Translations under genes and position numbers: made by a program | Shown here: piece after piece, positions 31,177 to 39,157 of the stretch | Layout: each line of letters begins with the position of its first letter | Numbering within the stretch: the stretch's first letter is position 1 | Notes under the pieces: generated by a model | Database searches by the model: none | What the model was told of the DNA's origin: nothing | The model's input: only the letters and a program-made list of their open reading frames with translations | Assembly: GCA_963749495.1 (NCBI GenBank) | Contig: CAVVMW010000006.1 | Coordinates: 384,001-448,000, forward strand | Direction of reading: 5' to 3' | Origin: an uncultured bacterium | GTDB lineage: Bacteria > Verrucomicrobiota > Verrucomicrobiia > Limisphaerales > UBA8199 | DNA length: 64,000 nucleotides

Positions 31177-32598
31177 TCAACCCTTGTCCGCCGGCTTGGG
31201 GGAGAACCTGATGTCCGGGGGTTTGTCCTTGCTGCGTTTCCAGGGGAGGTCCTGCACGTCGTAAAAGGCGATATAGAGCATGAAGCCAATGAGGAGCACG
31301 GCGCAGGAGGTCTGGATGGCGCCCACCAGGCGTGCGCTCATGGGCTTGCGCCGGACCCCCTCGATGAGCGCCAGCAGGATGTGGCCGCCGTCCAGGACCG
31401 GGATGGGCAGCATGTTCAAGAGCGCCAGGTTGACGTTCATCAGGACGCTGAACCAGATCGCCAGCCGCCACCCCTGCTCGGCGTTGAAGAGGCGGTAATA
31501 GACGTCCATGATCTTCACCGCCCCGCCCAGGTGCTGGGGTTTGATGTCCGACTTGGGGGCAAAGAGCGCCCCGAAGGTCTCCAGCATGGCATTGACGCTT
31601 GCCCGGACCTGCGCCCACGCCCCGGGGTGGACCAGGGTGGTTTTGCCGTTGGCATCCCAGGTGATGCCCAGGCGCGGCTGCTCGCCGGGTGGGCTGATCG
31701 GCTTCTCGGGAGTCAGGCTCGCCGCAAAGCACTTGCCTCGGCGCTCGACCGTCAGCGTGAGCCGCTGATCCGGGTGGTCCTTGATGTAGTCGGCCAGGTC
31801 CGCAAAATGGAAGAGAGGCACCCCGTTGAGATCGAGGATAGCGTCGCCCCGCTCCAATCCGGCTGCCGCGGCCGGGCTGTTGGGCTTGACCTCGGCTATT
31901 ACCGAAGACTCGGCGGGCAACCACTTGACCGTGCGCAAGCTCTTGCGCTGCCAGAACTTGGTCTCCTCTTTTGTGGGGGGCACCGCGAAATCGAGCACCT
32001 TGCCATTGCGCTCGACCCGGACGGGGATGGTCTCCCCGGTGCTCCGGACCACGCGCCACATCACCGTGTCGCCCATGCCCATGAACTTCGTCACCGGCTT
32101 GCCATCCACCTCCAGGATTCGGTCTCCAGGCCGCAGCCCCGCCTTGTCAGCCAGCCCGTCCTTTTCCACCCACCCGATGGTCGTTGTGGTCTCCGCCTCG
32201 CCCACCGGGCGGCCCACCACCATCACCACCGCCGCGAAGGCCAGGGCCAGCAGAAAGCTGAAGAGCGGGCCTGCAAAGGCCACGATCACCTTGTCCAGCG
32301 GCGAAATCGTCGGCAGTCCGGAGATGTCCCCCGAACTGTCCCCCTTGCCTTCGATGACCTCCATCGTGGCCATTTGCGGCAAGGAAACGTAGCCCCCGGC
32401 CGGGATCGTTCCCAGGGCATATTCCACCCCGCCGACCTTCTTCTTCCAGACCGGCTTTCCAAACCAGATCGCGAAGCGGTCTATCTTCAGGCCCCGCCAG
32501 CGCGCGGCCAGGAAGTGCCCCAACTCGTGTACGAAGATGAGCAGGTTGAAGAGCAGCAGCACCTCCAGCGAGATCACGATTATCTTCAAAATGGACAT
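31177..32598 (-). CDS. rseP: RIP metalloprotease RseP (M50 family, PDZ domains)
   Basis: VHELGHF, IPAGGYV and NMLPIPVLDGG; lies between dxr and ispG. Confidence 0.93.
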   Translation of the reverse strand: MSILKIIVISLEVLLLFNLLIFVHELGHFLAARWRGLKIDRFAIWFGKPVWKKKVGGVEYALGTIPAGGYVSLPQMATMEVIEGKGDSSGDISGLPTISPLDKVIVAFAGPLFSFLLALAFAAVVMVVGRPVGEAETTTTIGWVEKDGLADKAGLRPGDRILEVDGKPVTKFMGMGDTVMWRVVRSTGETIPVRVERNGKVLDFAVPPTKEETKFWQRKSLRTVKWLPAESSVIAEVKPNSPAAAAGLERGDAILDLNGVPLFHFADLADYIKDHPDQRLTLTVERRGKCFAASLTPEKPISPPGEQPRLGITWDANGKTTLVHPGAWAQVRASVNAMLETFGALFAPKSDIKPQHLGGAVKIMDVYYRLFNAEQGWRLAIWFSVLMNVNLALLNMLPIPVLDGGHILLALIEGVRRKPMSARLVGAIQTSCAVLLIGFMLYIAFYDVQDLPWKRSKDKPPDIRFSPKPADKG

Positions 32599-32676
32599 AT
32601 TTCACCGGCAACTCGGCCAAAAACGAACGCCCGCAATATAGCAGCCGTTGTGCCAGGGGGAAAGGGGGAAGTGGCC

Positions 32677-32843
32677 AATGACGAATGACGAATGACGAAT
32701 GACGAATGACGAAAGAGACTAAGGGACCAAGGGATCAAGAGACTAAAAGACCATGAGACCGTGGTCTTTGGGTCTCTTGGTTCTTTGGTCGTTTAGTCAT
32801 TTGGTCCTTTTCGTCATTCGTCATTCGTCATTCGTCATTCATT
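32677..32843. repeat. Nested inverted arrays: outer heptamer (GAATGAC/GTCATTC), inner octamer-like (GAGACTAA, GGGACCAA / TTGGTCYY)
   Basis: Read directly; the array supplies the dxr stop codon. Confidence 0.9.
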
Positions 32844-33974
32844 ACGCGCCTGCTTCCTTGCCCACGCATCGGCCTCCAGCAATTGATCCAGAGTGGGGTG
32901 GTCCACGACTCGGTGCCGGTCCATCACGCGGCGGACGCACAGGGAGATGTCCGGGAACCCGATGCGCCGGTTGATGAAGGCCTGGACGGCGACCTCGTTG
33001 GCGGCATTGAGCACGGCGGGAAGGGTGCCACCGGCCTCGCCGGCCTTGCGGGCGAGGGTCAAGGCGGGGAACCGCTCCGGGTCGGGTTCGGCGAAAGTCA
33101 GGGTGCCGAGCTGGGCCAGGTTGGTTTGGACACGGTTGCTGGGGGCGCGGGTGGGATAGGTCAGGGCATACTGGATGGGCAGGCACATGTCCGGCGTGGA
33201 AAGCTGCGCCAGCATCGAGCCGTCAACGAACTCGACCAGTGAGTGGACAATGCTCTGGGGGTGCACCACCACCGACACCCGGGCAATCTCGATGTCGAAG
33301 AGCCATCGCGCCTCGATCATCTCGAGGCCCTTGTTGAAGAGCGTCGCCGAGTCAATCGTGATTTTCCTGCCCATGACCCACGAGGGGTGTTTCAAGGCGC
33401 GCTCGACGGTGATGCGGGGGAATTCCTCGGCCGGTGTGGAGCGGAACGGGCCGCCGGAGGCGGTCAGCCAGAGCCGCCGGATCGAGCCGGGCGGTTTGCC
33501 ATCCAGGCATTGGAAGATGGCCGAGTGCTCGCTGTTGACGGCCAGCACCCGCACGCCGTGTTGGCGCGCCTGGCTCATGACGATCTCCCCCGCCATGACC
33601 AGGATCTCTTTGGAGGCCACGGCCAGGTCCTTGCCGGCGCGTATGGCGGCCAGGGCCGGGCGCAGGCCCGCGGTCCCCACAATGGCGACCAGCACGATGT
33701 CCGCCTCAGGCATCGTGGCCAGCTTGACCAATCCCTCGGCGCCGGAGCAGACCTCGATGCCCTCGCCCAGGGCCGCGCGCAGCCCCGCTTCCTGGGCGGC
33801 GTCGCCAATCGAGACCGCCGCCGGCCGGTGTTTGCGGGCCTGCTCCAGCAGCAGTTTGGCGTTGTTGCCCGCCGCAAGCCCGACCAGGCGGATCTGCTCC
33901 GGGAGGTCCTCCGCCACCTTGATCGTGCTCGTCCCGATCGAGCCGGTGCTGCCAAGTAAGACGACGTTCTTCAT
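32835..33974 (-). CDS. dxr: 1-deoxy-D-xylulose-5-phosphate reductoisomerase
   Basis: LGSTGSIGT, LTASGGPF, HPSWVMGRKITIDSAT, NKGLEMIEA and NAANEVAV. The DSEH motif reads NSEH here. Confidence 0.95.
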   Translation of the reverse strand: MKNVVLLGSTGSIGTSTIKVAEDLPEQIRLVGLAAGNNAKLLLEQARKHRPAAVSIGDAAQEAGLRAALGEGIEVCSGAEGLVKLATMPEADIVLVAIVGTAGLRPALAAIRAGKDLAVASKEILVMAGEIVMSQARQHGVRVLAVNSEHSAIFQCLDGKPPGSIRRLWLTASGGPFRSTPAEEFPRITVERALKHPSWVMGRKITIDSATLFNKGLEMIEARWLFDIEIARVSVVVHPQSIVHSLVEFVDGSMLAQLSTPDMCLPIQYALTYPTRAPSNRVQTNLAQLGTLTFAEPDPERFPALTLARKAGEAGGTLPAVLNAANEVAVQAFINRRIGFPDISLCVRRVMDRHRVVDHPTLDQLLEADAWARKQARNE

Positions 33975-33983
33975 GAGGCTGCG

Positions 33984-34899
33984 TTACCTGGCCGTCAATA
34001 CGTGCCGCAGATACAGATACATTATCGGGGCATTAAACAACAGGCTGTCCAGCAAGTCGAGTATCCCTCCAATCCCGGGGAAGAGGCGCCCGGAGTCCTT
34101 CACCCCGGCCTCGCGTTTGAACAGGGATTCGATCAAGTCGCCCACCACCGCAGTCACGCCCAGGAGCAACCCCAGAACCGCCGCGTGCAGGGTGTTCATG
34201 CCGGGCATCTTCGACCCGAGAAAGTGGACGAAGATCAGGCTGGCCAGGACCGAGCCTGCGATGGCCCCGCCAAGCCCCTCCCACGTCTTGCCTGGGCTGA
34301 TGCGGGGGATCATCCGGTGCCGCCCGATGAGCGAGCCCACCGCATAAGCGCCCGTATCGCTGGACTTGGTCAGGAGCACGAAATAAAGGACGTAATAGCG
34401 GCCATCGAGGCCCGGGAAGAAAAAGAAGTTGATCTTCTGGATGAAGTTGAGCAGCCACGGCACGTACATCAGCCCGAACAACGTCACGGCTATGGCCGCC
34501 AGCCCGGCGGGCTTCGAGCGCGACAGGAGTTGGCGCAGGCACAATCCGAGCACGAACAGGATGAGAAAGCTCGTCTCGAAATCGTTGACCCGCGCCGGGG
34601 AGCCGCTCGTCCCCACCACCCCGGTCAGGTTCAGATACGTGCCCGCCATCAAGAGCAGGCCGCCCAGGATGCCCCAGCGTTCCCAGCAGGCCAGGCCCCG
34701 CCTGGCCGCCAGCCCGTAAAACTCCCCCAGCCCGGTCCCCGCCAGCAACACCATGACCGCCAGGAAGAAGTAATTCGACACCGCCCGGTGGCTCGAAGAA
34801 CAGCCCCGTCAGGACTATCGTCCATAGCACCACCGTGCTGAGCAGGCGCCGGAGAAACACCGCCAGCTTGGAAGGCCCAGGCCTGGTTGCGTCAGACAT
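33984..34899 (-). CDS. cdsA: Phosphatidate cytidylyltransferase, frameshift near 34796
   Basis: SDTGAY, ISPGKTWEG and GDLIESLFKREAGVKDSG...GGILD. The N-terminus (MSDATRPG...RRLLST) is in the adjacent frame. Confidence 0.9.
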
Positions 34900-35010
34900 T
34901 CCGGCGAAAGGTAACCCCCCACCCAGCGGTGTCGAGCCAATTCCAGCCCGGGGAGCGGCCGACGGGCGCATCCCGACACTGGCCCCGTAGCGCAGACTTC
35001 CAAGTCTGCT

Positions 35011-36368
35011 GAGCCTTTTGCAAAACGAAAGAGGAAGGAGACAAAGTTGATCCAGGGTTGGACGTTGGGAAGGCAGGTGTCTATTCATTGAACTGGCTTG
35101 GCGCCCCGCTTGGAACGAAAACGGCCCGCAAGCCGGCAGGCAGGGGTTCTCAGGCGATACGCCTCCCATCACGCCCCTGGTGGAGCGCGGGCCATTGGCA
35201 TGGAAAGTGGGGATGTCAACACAAGCGAGCCCAGATGCCCAAGGTGGCGACCGCCAAGACTCCGAACATCAAATGGCACATGACCTTGGCGGCTCCTCGC
35301 ACATGCACCGTCCGGGCCCCAAACTCCTCTTTGAGCCGGCCGTTAACTCGCTCGCTGGCAGTGCGCTGCTTATAGCGTTGGCGCTCCGCCGGATCCAGCG
35401 GCACGAAGCCCTCCCGTTCCTTGGGATCAATAATTGGCACGTGTCCCAAGCCCCGACAAAAGTCCTTGATGAAGTGCGCGTCGTAGGCCGAGTCCATCAG
35501 TTCATAGAGCGCCTGAACCCGTTGGGCGCTCTGCTGCGCCAGGGGAATAGCGACCTGACTATCATGCAGGCTGGCACTGGTCAGCACCGCACCGATGGGA
35601 ATATCCCCGTCAATCACGTCCAGGTGCAGTTTGTAGCCTCGCCACCAGGTCTTGTAACCCTTGGCATCGGTCTTACACCCTATATCGCATCCCCGCGGCA
35701 GGTCGGCCAGGTTCTGCTCCAGCGAGCGGGCCATCTGGATCTCCAGCTTCGTACCAGGCGGGCGCACCTCACCTTTCTTGGGCCTGGCCTTGCCAGGGGG
35801 CGGAGCGACCATCTCCGGCTTGGTTGCCTTGCGCTCCGGCACACTAATGGCCGTGCTGTCCCGGCTGATGTGCCCCACCAGCTTGGGCCGACAGTGTATC
35901 TCCACCAACGCCGCGTGGATTTGCTGCGGCAATTCGTCGGCGGCAAACACGCTAAAGGCCCGCGAGAAAGTCGAGCGCTCCGGCAACTGGCCCAAGCTTT
36001 CCCAGCCGCAGAGCCGCCGCAGCGTGGGGCGAGCGTTCAAGGCATCGATCAATGCTTCGGTCGTGGCAAATCCATAAACGGCTTTGGCGATAAAGGCGTG
36101 CAGCACCCAGACCCGCTCATGGGGAGGTTGCCCCTGCCCACATCCCTCGTAACGAAGCAGAAAACGTCCCAAAGGCAGCAGCGAAATTACCTCGACGAAT
36201 TGCTGGTCCTTGGCCCCCAAGGACCCGAGTTCCTCGGTCAAAACCGGGAAAAGTTGGCGTTGGAGGTGTTGCCACAGGTCAGGCAGGTCAGGCATATGCG
36301 TGGTTTGATCCATCTGCCGACCAGATTATTCAAGAATCCTGCAACTTTCCGACTTTTGCAAAAGGCTC
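35011..36368 (-). mobile_element. 1358-bp insertion sequence (IS5/IS1182-like DDE) with 15-bp TIR GAGCCTTTTGCAAAA and 4-bp target duplication TGCT
   Basis: tgct-gagccttttgcaaaa ... ttttgcaaaaggctc-tgct, enclosing one transposase ORF. Confidence 0.92.
35216..36313 (-). CDS. DDE transposase
   Basis: STFSRAF, SRDSTAI, GYKLH, SASLHDSQ, MDSAYD and RYKQRTASERVNGRLK. Confidence 0.92.
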   Translation of the reverse strand: MDQTTHMPDLPDLWQHLQRQLFPVLTEELGSLGAKDQQFVEVISLLPLGRFLLRYEGCGQGQPPHERVWVLHAFIAKAVYGFATTEALIDALNARPTLRRLCGWESLGQLPERSTFSRAFSVFAADELPQQIHAALVEIHCRPKLVGHISRDSTAISVPERKATKPEMVAPPPGKARPKKGEVRPPGTKLEIQMARSLEQNLADLPRGCDIGCKTDAKGYKTWWRGYKLHLDVIDGDIPIGAVLTSASLHDSQVAIPLAQQSAQRVQALYELMDSAYDAHFIKDFCRGLGHVPIIDPKEREGFVPLDPAERQRYKQRTASERVNGRLKEEFGARTVHVRGAAKVMCHLMFGVLAVATLGIWARLC

Positions 36369-36558
36369 TGCTGTATCGCGGGTTTCCTAACCCGCAGGCG
36401 CGGCGATTTCCGGCGCCCTGCCGACTGGAAGTCGGCGATACAGCAGGTTTGGAAACCTGCGCTACAAACTGCTGTGCCCCGCCAAATGGGGGCAGTGCCA
36501 GGATGCGCCCTTGCGGAAAGGAGGCCTGGGCTCCATGCTCCTGGGTTTGGCAGCGCAA

Positions 36559-37926
36559 ATGAGCAGCTATCTCAAGGGCCTCGATTATTCCGTGGTGCAG
36601 CAATGCGTACGCTGCGGGTTGTGCCTGCCGGTCTGCCCCACCTACGCCGCCACGAAAATCGAGCGGCACAGCCCTCGCGGACGTATCTCGCTCATGCGCG
36701 CCATTGCCGATGGCCGGCTGGAGCCGGGCCGGACGTTTGCCCAGGAGATGTACTTTTGCCTTGGCTGCCTGGCCTGTGTGAGCGCCTGCCCCGCCGGGGT
36801 GGATTACGCCCAACTGTTCGAACGCGCCCGCGCCGAGGCCGAGACCAGCCGCGCGCTCGCCTCGCCCAGGCGCAATCTCGTTCGCGCCTTTGCCCTCCGC
36901 TGGCTATTCATGGACTTGGCCCGCCTGCGCCTGGCGGGCCGTCTGCTGCGGCTCTACCAACGGCTGGGCCTCCAAGGGCTGCTGCGCCGAAGCGGGGCCT
37001 TGAAACTCCTGCCCAGGCGCTGGTGCGAACTCGAGGCCATGACCCCCGCCATCCAGCCCCGCTTCTCCGCCGGCCTCATCGCCCCGGTGACCCCCGCCCG
37101 CAGTTTGCACCCCAGTCCAGGCCCAGACGGAGGCCATGGGCTATCCCCTCGCCCCTCGCCCCTCGCCCCTCGCCCCTCTCACTACCGCGTTGCCATGCTC
37201 ACCGGCTGCGCGCAGGACCTCCTCTTCAGCGACATCAACCGGGACACGGTCGAGGTCCTGGCCCGCAACCGCTGCGAGGTGGTCACTCCGCCCAAACAGC
37301 TCTGCTGCGGCTCGCTCCACGCCCACAACGGCGAGTGGGAACTGGCCCGGGCCCTGGCCCGAAGGCAACTGGACCAGTTCCCTCCGGAGCAGTTCGACGC
37401 CATTATCAGCAACGCCGGCGGCTGCGGCTCGCACCTCAAGCACTACAGCAAGCTCCTGGCCGACGACCCGGCCTGCCGGGACCGCGCCGCGCTCTGGGAC
37501 AGCAAGGTCAAAGACATCCACCAGTGGCTCGTCGAAGCCGGCTTCGACCCTCCGGCGGCCGACAGCGCCCCGCCCCAAGTGGTGACTTACCACGACTCCT
37601 GCCACCTGGCTCACGGGCAGGGGGTCGTTTCCCAGCCGCGCGCCATCCTGGCCGCCATTCCCAACCTGCGCCTCGTCGAGTTGGCCGAAAGCGCCTGGTG
37701 CTGCGGCAGCGCCGGCATCTACAACCTCATCCAGCCCCAGATGGCCAACCAACTCCTCGAACGCAAACTCAACCACATCCAGTCCACCGGCGCGCACGTG
37801 GTCGCTACGGCCAACCCCGGCTGCCTCCTCCAACTCATCAAAGGCGCCAAACAGCGCGGATTGAACCTGCGCGTCGTCCACCCCGTCACCCTCCTGGCCG
37901 AGGCCTACCGGCGGGGGGTAGGGTGA
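36559..37926 (+). CDS. glcF: Glycolate oxidase iron-sulfur subunit-like (Fe-S)-binding protein
   Basis: CVRCGLCLPVCPTY, SPRGRI, CLGCLACVSACP, YHDSCHLAH, CCGSAGIYN and TANPGC. Confidence 0.85.
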   Translation: MSSYLKGLDYSVVQQCVRCGLCLPVCPTYAATKIERHSPRGRISLMRAIADGRLEPGRTFAQEMYFCLGCLACVSACPAGVDYAQLFERARAEAETSRALASPRRNLVRAFALRWLFMDLARLRLAGRLLRLYQRLGLQGLLRRSGALKLLPRRWCELEAMTPAIQPRFSAGLIAPVTPARSLHPSPGPDGGHGLSPRPSPLAPRPSHYRVAMLTGCAQDLLFSDINRDTVEVLARNRCEVVTPPKQLCCGSLHAHNGEWELARALARRQLDQFPPEQFDAIISNAGGCGSHLKHYSKLLADDPACRDRAALWDSKVKDIHQWLVEAGFDPPAADSAPPQVVTYHDSCHLAHGQGVVSQPRAILAAIPNLRLVELAESAWCCGSAGIYNLIQPQMANQLLERKLNHIQSTGAHVVATANPGCLLQLIKGAKQRGLNLRVVHPVTLLAEAYRRGVG

Positions 37927-37975
37927 AACGTGAAAAGTGAACCGTGAAAAGTGAAACGTGAAAAGTGAACCGTGA
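37923..37975. repeat. Tandem heptamer array (GTGAAAM / GTGAACC)n
   Basis: Read directly; begins at the glcF stop. Confidence 0.92.
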
Positions 37976-38017
37976 AGTTTGAAATCCTCAATCGGCCTTT
38001 TTCGGAACTCAGCGCGT

Positions 38018-39157
38018 ATGAAAACATTCTTCCGAACCTCCTGGCTGCTCTTTGGCCTTTGGCTTGCAGCCCTTCGGGCTTTTGCCGCCGATAGCGCCGG
38101 CCCCGCCCCGGCCACCCGCGCGGGCTGGGTCAAGTCCGGCGCCAACCCGGTGCTGGGCGGGGAGCTTGGGACCTGTTTCGATGTTGCGGTGCTCCGGGAG
38201 CAGGACGGCTATCGGATGTGGTTTTCGTGGCGGCCGCGCAAGAGCATCGCCCTGGTGGAGAGCAAGGACGGCATGCACTGGAGCGCGCCGCGCATCGTGC
38301 TCGGACCAAACCCCGGGACCGATTGGGAAGCGGACATCAACCGCCCTGCCGTGGTGAAGGGGCCGGACGGCTATCACCTCTGGTACACCGGCCAGGCGCG
38401 CGGGCATTCCTGGCTCGGCCATGCCACCAGCCCCGATGGCCTGGCCTGGAAACGCGCGGGCGGCCGGCCCGTGCTCGCCCCGGACAAGCCCTGGGAAAAG
38501 CTCGCCGTCATGTGCCCCGATGTGATGTGGGACGAGCGGGAAGGCGTCTATCGAATGTGGTATTCGGGCGGCGAGCAATATGAGCCGGACGCCATCGGCT
38601 ACGCGACCAGCCCCGACGGCAACACCTGGACCCGGCGCGAGGACAATCCCATCTTCAAGGCCGACCCGCGCAACCCCTGGGAGCAGCACAAAGTCACCGC
38701 CTGCCAGGTCGTGCGCCGCGGCGCCTGGCATTACATGTTTTACATCGGGTTCCACGACGTGGACCACGCCCGGATCGGCATTGCCCGCTCGCGCGACGGC
38801 CTGAGCGGCTGGGAGCGACACCCGGCCAACCCCATCATCAGCCCCACACCGGGCGCATGGGATCATGACGCCTGTTACAAACCCTGCGCCATCTGCAACG
38901 GCCGCCGCTGGCTGCTCTGGTATAACGGCCGCCACGGCGGCGTCGAGCAGATCGGCCTCGCCACCCACGACGGCGAAGACCTGGGGTTCTCAACTGGAGC
39001 CCATCCCAAAAACTCCACCAGCGGGGGACCTTCGTCGCAGCCTTTGTCGCAACCTTTGTCGGATGGGCCATTTTTCGACAAAGGTGCCGACAAAGGCTGC
39101 GATAAAGGCCCGGAATCAGCGCTTTTGGGACAGGCTCCACCTGCTGCCTGCCCATGA
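38018..39157 (+). CDS. Secreted five-bladed beta-propeller glycosidase-like protein with a MITE-derived C-terminal extension
   Basis: Signal peptide; repeated YxMWY, GYATSPDG-W and NPI/NPV blades. Confidence 0.78.
   Translation: MKTFFRTSWLLFGLWLAALRAFAADSAGPAPATRAGWVKSGANPVLGGELGTCFDVAVLREQDGYRMWFSWRPRKSIALVESKDGMHWSAPRIVLGPNPGTDWEADINRPAVVKGPDGYHLWYTGQARGHSWLGHATSPDGLAWKRAGGRPVLAPDKPWEKLAVMCPDVMWDEREGVYRMWYSGGEQYEPDAIGYATSPDGNTWTRREDNPIFKADPRNPWEQHKVTACQVVRRGAWHYMFYIGFHDVDHARIGIARSRDGLSGWERHPANPIISPTPGAWDHDACYKPCAICNGRRWLLWYNGRHGGVEQIGLATHDGEDLGFSTGAHPKNSTSGGPSSQPLSQPLSDGPFFDKGADKGCDKGPESALLGQAPPAACP
38997..39137. mobile_element. MITE-like element with TIR GAGCCYRTCCCAAAA and inverted 12-mer core (same core as 2903-3046)
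   Basis: gagcccatcccaaaa ... ttttgggacaggctc, with cctttgtcgcaacctttgtc / gacaaagg units. Confidence 0.72.

Larger units (their letters stand above)
34987..36465. repeat. GTAG-type REP element split by the IS
   Basis: gtagcgcagacttccaagtctgct | IS | gtatcgcgggtttcc...cgatacagcaggtttggaaacctgcgctac. Confidence 0.85.
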
